64,000 nt of DNA from an uncultured Arcobacter sp. (GTDB lineage: Bacteria > Campylobacterota > Campylobacteria > Campylobacterales > Arcobacteraceae). The notes below the pieces were generated by a model. That model saw only the letters and a list, made by a program, of their open reading frames with translations. It was not told where the DNA came from and searched no databases. The stretch spans positions 864,001 through 928,000 of the forward strand of contig OZ223300.1 of NCBI GenBank assembly GCA_965140705.1. Direction: 5' to 3'. The first letter of the stretch is position 1. The number at the start of each line of letters is the position of its first letter. A program made the position numbers and the translations under genes. Positions 51,463 through 61,891 of the stretch are shown here, one piece after another.

Positions 51463-53604
51463 TTAAAAACTCTCCCATTCATCATCATTTTTACTATTAG
51501 AAGTTATTACTTGAGGTTTATTATTAGATTGAACTTTTGGAGTTGTAGTCTCTTTTTTTTCAACTTCCTCTTTTGGTTTTGATACTTCTACTTTTTTTGT
51601 TTCTTTTTTAGGATTAGAAGGAGACAAATTAGTTGTTTTTGAAGATGCATTTACTTTTTTACTTTTTACATTTTCTTTGCCTTCAAACTCTTTCTCATCT
51701 GCATCTCTTACGATATCATTTGCGATGTATTGTGTTTGATCAGCTATATCTTTTGCTTGATTTGCAATAGAAGCATTTTGTTGTGTTTGTCTATCAAGTA
51801 AATTTACTGCACTGTTAATTTGTTCAATACCCATTTGTTGTTCTTTACTTGCAGATTCAACTCCACCAATTAACTCTAATGTTTTGGAAATATTTTCATT
51901 TAATCCTAAATATCCTTTAATCATTTTATCAGAGATAGCTTTACCATCATTTGCTTTTGTTGTAGCATTTTCAACTAAAGATTTGATTTCTTTAGCAGCT
52001 TCTGCACTTCTTGATGCTAGGTTTCTCACTTCTTGAGCAACAACTGCAAATCCTTTTCCAGCTTCTCCTGCTGTTGCTGCTTCAACAGCTGCATTAAGAG
52101 ATAGAATATTTGTTTGAAATGCTATTTGGTCAATTACTGAAATAGCTTCATTGATTGCTGTAACTTGTTCATTTATACTATCCATTGCAAGTGTAGTTTG
52201 AGAAGCTAATTCTTCTCCTTCATTTGCAGATTTTTTAAGTTCATTTGCATTATTTGACATTGCAATTACATTTTGTGTATTTGATGAAATATTTGAAGTG
52301 ATTTCTTCTAATGCAGCAGCTGTTTCTTCTATACTTGCAGCAGCTTCATTTGATGAACGACTTATTAAATCAACATTTGATAATAATTCACTTGAACTAT
52401 CTTGGAGGGTTAGCCCATTTGCTTTATTTTCAATTAGCATTTCATTAATTATTTTTGCCAAAGTATTTAAGCCATCAACAGTTTTACCTGTTGCTGTTGT
52501 AATTCTATGTCTAAAGTTTAATCTTTGATACTCTTTTAATGCTTTTTCTATAGCATTTGTATCATTAGAAATATTTTCAGAGATAATTTGAATCATTTCA
52601 TTAAAAATGGTTTTTAACTCTTCTAAACCTTTGTTATGGGTACTTTTTTCTATTTTTTTACTAATATCACCAGTTTTTACAAGCTCAACTACTCTTTTAA
52701 CATCATTGATTAGTAAATCGTCTTTTTCTAAAAGAGATTTAGTATTTGTAATATTTTCATTTACAATTTGAGCAATTGCAGCTATTTCATCCTTTGCACT
52801 TGTATCTAGTAAGTCTGCATTTGAAGACTCTTTATTTAAGTATTTGAAAAAGTCTAAAAGACCATCTTTAAAGTTATTAATTGAATTATTAATATTTCTA
52901 CTAAGTAAAAATGTAAATAATATCGCAAGAGCTATACTAATAATTGTTATGATAACAAAAGAAGCTAATGAGTTATCAATTAATTCAGTTGTTTCTTTCT
53001 CTTCATGTGCAATTACTTTATATGACTCTCCTGTAAAGAAGTCAATGATATCTCTCATTTTTTCATAATCTACAAGATATGTATTAAAATAAAAAGTTTG
53101 TGCATTAGCATAGTCATTTGACTTTACTAATTGAACAAGTTTTTGAGTATTTTTATTAGTTAAATCATATAACTTTTCAAACTCTTCAAATTTTGCTTTA
53201 TTTTCAGGCATCAATTCTTCTAATAAGTTTTTAAATTTTTCAAATCTTTGTTTAACTTGTTTGATATTATCATTTACACCTTTGTCAAGTAATTTTTGAG
53301 TTGTCGAATGATCAGGTGAACCTACTATTTGTGCTAAAGCAGCATTTGATTGATAAGAATCTCTATCTGCTTCTAATAGATAAGTTATTCCAGCTAAATT
53401 TATTGTTTGAGAAAGTGCTACATTTGATTGATAAGAATCCCTATCTGCTTCCAATAGTACTGCAACTCCTGCAAAATCTCTTCCACTTAAGTCTTTTACA
53501 TTCTTTTGCATGTGATTAATATTGTATGCTACATATGCACTTGAAAGCAAAGTAACTATAATTAATACTAGAAAAGCCCCAATTATCTTGTGTTTAATTT
53601 TCAT
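51463..53604 (-). CDS. Methyl-accepting chemotaxis protein with C-terminal EWESF pentapeptide
   Basis: Four-helix-bundle-like sensor, HAMP, conserved tip, long linker ending DDEWESF. Confidence 0.95.
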   Translation of the reverse strand: MKIKHKIIGAFLVLIIVTLLSSAYVAYNINHMQKNVKDLSGRDFAGVAVLLEADRDSYQSNVALSQTINLAGITYLLEADRDSYQSNAALAQIVGSPDHSTTQKLLDKGVNDNIKQVKQRFEKFKNLLEELMPENKAKFEEFEKLYDLTNKNTQKLVQLVKSNDYANAQTFYFNTYLVDYEKMRDIIDFFTGESYKVIAHEEKETTELIDNSLASFVIITIISIALAILFTFLLSRNINNSINNFKDGLLDFFKYLNKESSNADLLDTSAKDEIAAIAQIVNENITNTKSLLEKDDLLINDVKRVVELVKTGDISKKIEKSTHNKGLEELKTIFNEMIQIISENISNDTNAIEKALKEYQRLNFRHRITTATGKTVDGLNTLAKIINEMLIENKANGLTLQDSSSELLSNVDLISRSSNEAAASIEETAAALEEITSNISSNTQNVIAMSNNANELKKSANEGEELASQTTLAMDSINEQVTAINEAISVIDQIAFQTNILSLNAAVEAATAGEAGKGFAVVAQEVRNLASRSAEAAKEIKSLVENATTKANDGKAISDKMIKGYLGLNENISKTLELIGGVESASKEQQMGIEQINSAVNLLDRQTQQNASIANQAKDIADQTQYIANDIVRDADEKEFEGKENVKSKKVNASSKTTNLSPSNPKKETKKVEVSKPKEEVEKKETTTPKVQSNNKPQVITSNSKNDDEWESF
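53343..53457. repeat. Intragenic direct repeat with 78-nt period; 37-nt core with 2 mismatches
   Basis: 53343-53379 versus 53421-53457; encodes [12 protein letters not shown] twice. Confidence 0.85.
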
Positions 53605-53760
53605 ATTTTTATCTCCTTCTTAGAATATGTTAATATTCCATTAATTAATTCTATTCTTTTTAGAATAAATTGAATCTTAATTAAATTATTAATAAAAATT
53701 TATTACAGGTATTTAACTCAAAGGGAATAGAATTTGCAGAATTGAAGCTAAAGAGATAGA

Positions 53761-55218
53761 ATGAAATTAGATGAAATAAAATTAGATAATGATTACTTTG
53801 AATTTGAAGAAAAATTTTATCAAAGAATTAATCCAACTCCACTAAATAATCCTTTTTTAATCTCTTATAATAAACTTATGTTTGATGAAATAGTTTTAGA
53901 TTATGATGAAGCTAATAGCAAAGATTTTGTAAAGTTTATAAATGGTGAAAAACTACTTAAAGGCTCAGAACCTTATGCAAGTGCATATGCTGGACACCAA
54001 TTTGGTTATTTTGTCCCCCAATTAGGTGATGGACGAGCAATAAATCTAGGTAAAATCGACATTTGGCATCTCCAAACAAAGGGTTCTGGTTTAACTCGTT
54101 ATTCAAGACAAGGTGATGGTAGAGCAGTTTTAAGATCTTCAATTCGTGAATATATTATCTCAGAAGCGATGCATGCTTTAAATATTCCTACAACTAGAGT
54201 ACTTGCTCTTATTGGTTCTAATCATCCAGTCCATCGATACTATGGAGTAGTTGAAACAGGAGCAATTGTATTAAGAATGTCACCATCTTGGATTAGAATA
54301 GGTACATTTGAATATTTTGCTAGAAGTAAAAATGCAAAAGAAAATGTTAAACAACTTGCAGATTATGTTATTAGAAATTCTTATGCTCACCTAATTAATG
54401 ATGAAAATAAATATGAAAAGATGTATTATGAAATGGTTGATAAAACTGCTATTTTAATGGCTAAATGGCAAGCTTATGGTTTCATGCATGGTGTAATGAA
54501 TACTGATAATTTTTCAATGGCAGGACTAAGTATAGATTATGGTCCCTTTGCTTTTATGGATTATTTTAATATTAATCAAATTTGTAATCATACCGATAGT
54601 GAAGGAAGATACTCTTATCTTAATCAACCATATGTTGCAAAATGGAATTTAGAAGTTTTAGCTAATAGTTTAAAAACAATTTGTGAAGTGGAAAAATTAA
54701 ATGAGTATTTAAAAACGTATTTCCATATTCAAGAAAAAGAATATTTAACTCTTATGACACAAAGACTTGGACTAAATATAGATAAAAGTAGTGATTCTTA
54801 TGCTACTTTGGTTATATCACTTTTGAAAGCTTTACAAATATCTAAAACAGATTATAATCAGTTTTTTTATGAATTAAGTAAGTGTAAAAACAGTGAGGAG
54901 ATTAGGAAAGTAATTGATATAGCTATTTATAGACAAGCTTTAGATAAATGGCTTGAAGATTATATAAAGTTAAGGGAATTTGAGAACCAAGATTTTGAAA
55001 AAGTTCAAGAGAGAATGAAAAAAGTAAATCCAAAATATGTGATTAAAAACTATATGCTTCAAGAAGCTATTGATAAAGCAGAAGAGGGTGATTTTACTTT
55101 AGTAAATGAATTATTAAATATTGCACAAAATCCATATGATGAGCATAAAGAGTATGAAAGATACTCAAAAGCTACACCACTAGAATTTTCAAATATAAAA
55201 CTTAGCTGTTCTTCATAA
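53761..55218 (+). CDS. selO: SelO/YdiU protein adenylyltransferase
   Basis: YAGHQFG..QLGDGRA, KGSG.TRYSR.GDGRAVLRSSIRE, HGVMNTDN, IDYGPF, terminal CSS. Confidence 0.95.
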   Translation: MKLDEIKLDNDYFEFEEKFYQRINPTPLNNPFLISYNKLMFDEIVLDYDEANSKDFVKFINGEKLLKGSEPYASAYAGHQFGYFVPQLGDGRAINLGKIDIWHLQTKGSGLTRYSRQGDGRAVLRSSIREYIISEAMHALNIPTTRVLALIGSNHPVHRYYGVVETGAIVLRMSPSWIRIGTFEYFARSKNAKENVKQLADYVIRNSYAHLINDENKYEKMYYEMVDKTAILMAKWQAYGFMHGVMNTDNFSMAGLSIDYGPFAFMDYFNINQICNHTDSEGRYSYLNQPYVAKWNLEVLANSLKTICEVEKLNEYLKTYFHIQEKEYLTLMTQRLGLNIDKSSDSYATLVISLLKALQISKTDYNQFFYELSKCKNSEEIRKVIDIAIYRQALDKWLEDYIKLREFENQDFEKVQERMKKVNPKYVIKNYMLQEAIDKAEEGDFTLVNELLNIAQNPYDEHKEYERYSKATPLEFSNIKLSCSS

Positions 55219-55237
55219 GATAAGCTAAATGCTTATA

Positions 55238-55786
55238 TTATTTATATGGAATAGTAAATTCAATATCTACAGTAGAAAATGATTTGTTTTGGTGGAAAGC
55301 AGCACATTTTTTACTAAAAGCCATAAATGAATTTTTCATTCCAAAATCTAAAATATCTATGTTTCCTTTTGCAACTATATTTCCATTTGACATTTCATAT
55401 TTCATAGGTATAGATTTAGATATTTCATTCATCGTAAGTTTTAATGTCAACTCATTTGTAGATTCTTTAACCTTTGTAATTGTTCCTTTTATCTCTTTTG
55501 CACTTACTAATGAAAATAAAGTAGAGGTTATATTTTTATTTCTAACTGGATTTTTAGATTCTAAAGAACTAGTTTGAATTGTAACCATAGCACTTTTTAG
55601 AAAGGTAGATAAATTATCAGATGATTTTATATCTGCTTTTATCTCATTAAAAGTACCAGAAACAGGAACCTTTTTTTCTGTTTTAAATCCTGTCCATTTT
55701 ACAGCTAACTTACCATTTAGCTCATAAGCATTTAATGAACAAACTAAACCAAGCGATAACAGTAAAGCCAAAAAAATCTTTTTCAT
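55238..55786 (-). CDS. YceI family periplasmic lipid-binding protein
   Basis: Signal peptide; WTGFKT, VSGTF, RNKNI, beta-barrel pattern. Confidence 0.8.
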   Translation of the reverse strand: MKKIFLALLLSLGLVCSLNAYELNGKLAVKWTGFKTEKKVPVSGTFNEIKADIKSSDNLSTFLKSAMVTIQTSSLESKNPVRNKNITSTLFSLVSAKEIKGTITKVKESTNELTLKLTMNEISKSIPMKYEMSNGNIVAKGNIDILDFGMKNSFMAFSKKCAAFHQNKSFSTVDIEFTIPYK

Positions 55787-55905
55787 GAGGAATCCTTTAT
55801 TAATGTTTAATCTAAAAGTACATCAATAAGAGTGAAACCTAAATTACGAGTTAAAATTAATTTAATTCATTAAAAAACAATCAAGTTTTCAAATGAATTT
55901 ATATA

Positions 55906-56466
55906 TTATACAGCACCCATTAGAGCTTTTTTTGTATTCCCCATAAGAGCTAACATTTCATCATACGTTTTGTTTATCTCATCTAGTGGAGTTGAAATAA
56001 TTTCATCATAAACTTTTTCTATTTTTTCTTCACTAGATAATTTTTTAAGGTCACTTTTTTCCAAAGAAGCAAAATCTAAAACTTCATTCCATACTGAACT
56101 TTCATCTAACATAAAAGCTGAAAATTTAATACCTTCATATTCAAAAGTTCCATTTGCATCTAGGTCAATTACATAGAGTAAATTTATTGAATCTTTGTCA
56201 AAGTAGTTTCCATATTTTACAAAAAAATCTTTGAAGTACCCAAAAGTCTCAAGTTCACATGCAAAGAATTTAATCTTTTCATTTTCACTTACCATAATAA
56301 CTTGTCTTGCTTGTGCTTTAGGTGGCATAACTCTTGTTTCAGATAATTTTTTACCTTCTTCAATAATTAGTGCGCCTCTATATCCAAGTAATGTTGAGTT
56401 TATATTTCCACTAAAAGATGGTTGCCATTCTAAATTGTTTTCTTTGATGTATTCAATTGGTGTCAT
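55906..56466 (-). CDS. Hypothetical acidic cytoplasmic protein
   Basis: 186 aa ORF with AAGGA ribosome-binding site; no family recognised. Confidence 0.75.
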   Translation of the reverse strand: MTPIEYIKENNLEWQPSFSGNINSTLLGYRGALIIEEGKKLSETRVMPPKAQARQVIMVSENEKIKFFACELETFGYFKDFFVKYGNYFDKDSINLLYVIDLDANGTFEYEGIKFSAFMLDESSVWNEVLDFASLEKSDLKKLSSEEKIEKVYDEIISTPLDEINKTYDEMLALMGNTKKALMGAV

Positions 56467-56540
56467 AAAGTTTCCTTTTTTAATTATGAAACCTTATATA
56501 CAAGTTTCGTTCCATAAGATAAAAAAGTTTTAGATTTTAC

Positions 56541-58800
56541 TTAAGCCTCTTCTACAAAGACTTTATTTCTCCCCTCTTTTTTTACTTTGTAGAGTAATTT
56601 ATCTGCAAGTTTATATACTTTTATACTAGTGGCATTTTTTGCATTAATTACGATACCTCCAATTGATACAGTAATATTTCTAGATGCTTCACTTTTACTA
56701 TGTTCTATATTTAAGTCTTCTATATTTGTTCTTATTTTTTCTAGTATTTTTTTAAAATTAGAAACTGTAATATCTGTTGTTAATATCCCAAACTCTTCTC
56801 CTCCTAATCTAAAAGCAAAATCGTTAGCTCTTGAAATAGTCTCTCTTAGGCATAAAGCAACACTTTGTAAAGCATAATCCCCTTTATCATGTCCATATGT
56901 GTCATTATATTGTTTAAAGAAATCAACATCTAAAATAGCAAATGCAATAGTTTTATTATCCCTTTTTGCTCTTAAAATCTCTTTTTCTATTGTTAAATTA
57001 AAATATCTTCTATTGTATGTTTGAGTTAATTCATCAGTAATTGACATCTCTTCAATTCTTTTTTTATCTGTTATATCTACTGCTACTAAAGCATATCCTG
57101 TAATAGTATTATTGTTATTATACATAGGAGATATTTTGGTATGAACATAATAAGTCTCTCCATTCTTTTTAAGATTTTTGATTTCCCCTTCCCAATTTTT
57201 ACCTGAATAAATAGTATCCCACATTGAAAAATAGAACTCATTTGGTGTATCTGGATGTCTTAATATATCATGATTGTGTCCAATTAACTCTTCTTTTGAA
57301 TATCCACAAATTAAGCAAAAAGCATCAGAAACATCTAAAATTTTACCATTTATATCAACTTTTAACGTAATCAAATAATCATTTATGATTTCAAGATATG
57401 TTTTGTTTTCTTCAAGTTTATCTTCAATCATTTTTTTATTTTTTTTACTTTCTGTAATATCAACAAATGATGCGATATAGAAAAAATCATTATCTTCTGT
57501 ATATATTTTTGAGATACTAAGTTCTTCTGTATAAGGCATGCCATTTTTTCTAATATTTGTTATCTCTCCTTCCCAATGGAGATGTTCATTAAGATTATCC
57601 CAAATGTTTTTATAAAATAGTCTAGTATGATATCCTGTTGATTTTAGAATTTTAGGAGTTTTATTTAAAATCTCTTTTTCCGTATAACCTGTGATTTTTG
57701 TAAAAGATTTATTAACCCTTTGGACTTTATTATTTCTATCAGTGACTAAAATTCCATCATGGGAGTTTTCAAACATTTTATCTGAAATTTTAAGTCTAAG
57801 TTTTGTTTCTCTTTCTCTAGTATTATAATTTGCTAGTATTATAATTTGCAAAAATTATTGAAATAATCATTGCAATAAAGAAGTATAAAAATGCTAACCA
57901 CATTATTGTTTTTAAATAAGTATTTACTATCGTCTCAATTAAATTATTATCAATTATTGTAATTAGTTTTAGTGTAAGAGGTTCTATATTAGAATTTTTA
58001 TTAATCCAAGAAGTAAGATTGATTTGATTTACATTTGCATGAAAATTATCAGTTCTAAATGTTCCATTTGAACCAGTTTTTAAATTCTTGGATATTGCAA
58101 TTGATAAATCCTTATATATATTATCAAATGTATTATTCTTATTAAATGCAAATCCAAAATTGAACTTTTTATTTTTTGAATTTAAAATATAATTATTTTG
58201 GGTTAGAATTAGAGTTTCTAAATTAAAATTTGAAGTTGAAAAAATATTAAATAGATTAGTTAAAGGGTAATTGATTACTAAAAAAACATCAGATTTATTT
58301 TTATCAAATAGTGGTGTTATTACACTAAAAAATGGTATTTGAGGGCTTGTTATTTTTCCATCTTCTTTTTTTAACTTTATTGGTGAAAGATATATATCAC
58401 CTTTTTTTAGTTGTTTAATTATAGATAAGTATTCGCTACTTGAAAATTCGTCAGCTTTTTTATTTTTAATTTCTAATAATTTTGTTCCATCATTTTTTAG
58501 AAAACAAATTTCAAAATAAGATTTTTTTAAAGCAAGTAAAGTTGATAACTCTTTTTTAATAGTTGAATAATCTTTGTTGAGTTTATATACTTCAGAAATA
58601 TAAAGTAAATCTTTTTTTAAAATCTCAAAATTATTTTTGGCAGTTGATATTTTTAGATTTAATTCTGATTCTATAGAATTATTTATCTCTTTAGTATAAA
58701 TATGGTCTAAGTTTTTTATATAAGTAATTGAAACTAATAAAAAAATAAAACTAAAAAATATTAAACTTTTTAAAAAAACATAACTTATATTTTTGTTCAA
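56541..58800 (-). pseudogene. Frameshifted Cache-PAS-PAS-GGDEF diguanylate cyclase
   Basis: ORFs 57823..58800 (TM-sensor-TM) and 56541..57851 (PAS-PAS-GGEEF) join into one 747-aa frame if one copy of a 16-bp tandem duplication is removed. Confidence 0.9.
57818..57849. repeat. Perfect 16-bp tandem duplication TAGTATTATAATTTGC x2
   Basis: 57818-57833 is identical to 57834-57849. Confidence 0.95.
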
Positions 58801-58867
58801 ATTGGTGATTCCTAAATTAAAAGTTATTTATTATATCACTAATTTAATAATTTACAATTAAGCTGAA

Positions 58868-59263
58868 TTATTTTGTATCTATAGAATATCTTCCAGGTCC
58901 CATAATCATAAGAATAAAAGCATTAAACATATAAAAAAATTGTAGTTCTAATGCTAATCCACCAGTTTTAGAGAGTGAGAATATATCTCCACTATGAACT
59001 AAATATATTGCAAACACTAAATTGATTATAATTATAAATGAAAAAAATCTAGTGTAGTACCCAATTATAATAAATATAGGAGCCACTATTTCTCCAATGT
59101 ATACACCATAGACAAAAAATTGAGGAAGATTATGTTCTAACAAAATGGTTTCAATAAATGATGTTCCATGTATAAGTTTTGAATATCCATGAAAAATAAA
59201 TAAAAAACCTAAAAATAGTCTTAACAGTAATTTTGCTAAATTTTCATTCAAAGAATTATCCAT
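58868..59263 (-). CDS. DoxX family membrane protein
   Basis: LLLRL..HGYSK, E....I.IGYYTR, GPGRYSID. Confidence 0.9.
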   Translation of the reverse strand: MDNSLNENLAKLLLRLFLGFLFIFHGYSKLIHGTSFIETILLEHNLPQFFVYGVYIGEIVAPIFIIIGYYTRFFSFIIIINLVFAIYLVHSGDIFSLSKTGGLALELQFFYMFNAFILMIMGPGRYSIDTK

Positions 59264-59341
59264 TATTTGTTCCTTTTTTTTATGATATTTAAAAATAGTT
59301 AATGAATGGTTAATTTATATTTAATTTGAATCTTAAAATTA

Positions 59342-59620
59342 TTATTCTTTCCAAAACATTGGCTTATCTTTCTGTCCTTGTTCCTTTCGTTTTGGTTCAA
59401 TTCTTTTATCAGGTTTGTAATTATCATATTTAAAAGGGCTTCTAAATTGTAAAGAAGTAGGTGTTGGACCTCCATCTTTTTCTACAGTTCTTGGTTTATA
59501 GGTATCTCCTAAGTTTGACCAACTTTTAGGTAGAAGGATGTATGCAATTGTTAATATAATTATTATCAATAATGTTATTATATATAGACCTTTATTACTT
59601 GACCCTTTTCCCTCTTCCAT
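59342..59620 (-). CDS. Small single-TM hypothetical protein (paralog of 59631..59915)
   Basis: AAGGA plus ATG; TM helix; TYKPR, LQFR, KPMFW. Confidence 0.75.
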   Translation of the reverse strand: MEEGKGSSNKGLYIITLLIIIILTIAYILLPKSWSNLGDTYKPRTVEKDGGPTPTSLQFRSPFKYDNYKPDKRIEPKRKEQGQKDKPMFWKE

Positions 59621-59630
59621 TTAGTTCCTT

Positions 59631-59915
59631 TTAATCATCTTTTTTATTCCAAAAAATTGGTTTTTTACCTTCTTCATTATCTTCCATTCTTTTTTGCATA
59701 AAGGTAGTTTTTTTAGGTGGTGTATAATGGTCATGTTGAAAACCATTTCTAAACTGTAATTTTATTGGATCTGAATTAACTCCAGTACTTCTTAATTTAT
59801 ATGTATTACTGTAGTTATTTTTAGTCATAGGAATTAAGAAATAACCTAAAATTAGTATTAGTAGAACTATAACTATTTTTGTATATTTAGACCATTTTTT
59901 AGATGCTTTTTTCAT
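59631..59915 (-). CDS. Small single-TM hypothetical protein (paralog of 59342..59620)
   Basis: AAGGA upstream; TM helix; TYKLR, LQFR, KPIFW. Confidence 0.75.
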   Translation of the reverse strand: MKKASKKWSKYTKIVIVLLILILGYFLIPMTKNNYSNTYKLRSTGVNSDPIKLQFRNGFQHDHYTPPKKTTFMQKRMEDNEEGKKPIFWNKKDD

Positions 59916-59961
59916 ATAAAAATTTCCTTATAGTTCTATTATATTTAAAAAATAATAAAAT

Positions 59962-60303
59962 CTATATAAGGAAGCCATTTGCTAACATTATATCTTTTCC
60001 ATCATCAGTCACTTTACTTTTATCCCAAGGTGGATCAAATACAAGATTTACTTCTGCATTTTCAACTTCATCAATTACTTTTACTGCATAAGTTACGTCA
60101 TTGACTAAACTATCTGCAACTGGACAACCAGGACTTGTAAGTGTCATATCAATTTTACAATTTAATATATTGTCTTTCTCTTCTAGATTTATTTTATATA
60201 TTAATCCCAAATCATAAATATTTACTGGAATTTCTGGGTCAAATATATGTTTAAGTTGGGCTACAATTTTTTCTTCTATCTCTTCTAAATTATAATTACT
60301 CAT
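59962..60303 (-). CDS. sufT: DUF59/SufT Fe-S assembly protein
   Basis: DPEIPVNIYDLGLIY, MTLTSPGCP, VFDPPW. Confidence 0.88.
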   Translation of the reverse strand: MSNYNLEEIEEKIVAQLKHIFDPEIPVNIYDLGLIYKINLEEKDNILNCKIDMTLTSPGCPVADSLVNDVTYAVKVIDEVENAEVNLVFDPPWDKSKVTDDGKDIMLANGFLI

Positions 60304-60711
60304 TTAATTTTCCTTCGCATACTCTTTTATTTTTTTTATCATACCTTGAACACCACTTTGTCTATTTGGTGTTATTATTTCTGTTAAATTTAATTTATCT
60401 AAAATATTTATATCTAGATTATTTATATCATTTTTTGTTTCATTTGAAAATATTGTTGTAATAATATAAACCAAACCTCTTACAATGGCTGCATTTGAAT
60501 CTGCTCTAAAAATCAATTTTTCATTTTCATAATCTTTTACAAGCCATACTTTAGAAGTACAACCTTGTACTAAATTTTCATCAACCATCTCTTTTTCATC
60601 TAAAGGGTTTAGTTTTTTGCCCAAATCTATGATAAATTGATATTTTTCAAGTTCATCATCAAAAAGTTCCAAATCATCTTTAAACTCTTCAATCTTTTTT
60701 TCAATACTCAT
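60304..60711 (-). CDS. sufE: SufE sulfur acceptor
   Basis: KYQFIIDLGKKL, VQGCTSKVW, DSNAAIVRGL, TPNRQSG. Confidence 0.92.
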   Translation of the reverse strand: MSIEKKIEEFKDDLELFDDELEKYQFIIDLGKKLNPLDEKEMVDENLVQGCTSKVWLVKDYENEKLIFRADSNAAIVRGLVYIITTIFSNETKNDINNLDINILDKLNLTEIITPNRQSGVQGMIKKIKEYAKEN

Positions 60712-60712
60712 T

Positions 60713-61891
60713 TTAATCCTTTAACATAGTTATGGCTTTTTTTAAAGCAATAACTAGTTTATCAATATCCTCTTTTTCATTATAAAAAGCAATACTAGTT
60801 CTAATAGTTCCTTCAATACCAAGACTTTTCATAATGGGTTGAGCACAATGGTGCCCACATCTTACAGCTATGCCCATTTTATCAACTAAAATACCCACAT
60901 CTTCAGCCATAATATTTTTGATATTAAAACTAAGTGAACCAATAGAGTTTTTTATATCACTGTAAAAAATTATGTCATCTATTTTGCTAAGCCCACTATA
61001 AAGGTACTCATAAAGTTCTTGTTCCTTTTTTTCAATATTTTCATATCCAAGTTCTTTTATAAACTCAATTGCTTTTCCAAATCCAATGACACCTGCTATA
61101 TTTTGGGTACCTGCTTCAAATTTAAAAGGAGAATCAAGTAAAATACTTTTTTCAATTGTTACGTCATTGATTGTTGCTCCTCCTGTTTGATAAGGAGCAA
61201 TTTCATTTAATAAATTCTCTTTTATATAAATAGCTCCAACACCTGTTGGTCCAAAGGTTTTATGTGAAGAGATTGCCAAAAAGTCTATATCTAATTCTTG
61301 TACATCAATTTTTCTGTGGGTTAAAGATTGTGCTCCATCTATTAAAACCTTTGCTCCATATTTATGAGCTAAACTTGTGATTTTTTTTATATCATGTATT
61401 TTTCCAAAGGCATTTGATATATGTGTAATAGATACAAGTGAGTTGGGATTTTCTTTTAAAAGTTTTTCAAAATCTTCATAATCAAAATCAAGGTTATCAT
61501 TACATTTTACTACTTTTATATTTATATTTGCTATTTGCCATGGTACAATATTTGAGTGGTGCTCCAATGAAGAAATTATCACTTTCTTGAACTTATTTTT
61601 TGCGTATGAATTTACTAAAAAGTTAATACTCTCTGTTACACCTTTTGTAAAGATTATTTCATGTTTTTCTTTTGCATTTATAAACTCTTTTAAAACTTTT
61701 CTTGTATGTTCATAATTTTGTGTTGCTTTATTTGCATTTCCATAATTACTTCTATGTGTATTTGAACAATAAGATGAATAATAGTTTACAATTTCATCAA
61801 TAACCACTTGAGGCTTTTGAGTAGTTGCTGCATTGTCAAGATATACAATGTTACTATTTTTAAAAAAAGGAAAATAATCTTTGTACATCAT
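60713..61891 (-). CDS. sufS: Class II cysteine desulfurase SufS
   Basis: YLDNAATTQKP, DGAQ, SSHKTFGPTG, FEAGT, RCGHHCAQP. Confidence 0.93.
   Translation of the reverse strand: MMYKDYFPFFKNSNIVYLDNAATTQKPQVVIDEIVNYYSSYCSNTHRSNYGNANKATQNYEHTRKVLKEFINAKEKHEIIFTKGVTESINFLVNSYAKNKFKKVIISSLEHHSNIVPWQIANINIKVVKCNDNLDFDYEDFEKLLKENPNSLVSITHISNAFGKIHDIKKITSLAHKYGAKVLIDGAQSLTHRKIDVQELDIDFLAISSHKTFGPTGVGAIYIKENLLNEIAPYQTGGATINDVTIEKSILLDSPFKFEAGTQNIAGVIGFGKAIEFIKELGYENIEKKEQELYEYLYSGLSKIDDIIFYSDIKNSIGSLSFNIKNIMAEDVGILVDKMGIAVRCGHHCAQPIMKSLGIEGTIRTSIAFYNEKEDIDKLVIALKKAITMLKD

Noticed and set aside
55207..55218. Selenocysteine in the SelO C-terminus
   Set aside because: Ends TGT TCT TCA TAA (CSS*), with no in-frame TGA
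56541..57851. Independent PAS-PAS-GGDEF gene starting at TTG 57851
   Set aside because: No ribosome-binding site; its first codons are a product of the duplication; better explained as the distal half of a frameshifted gene
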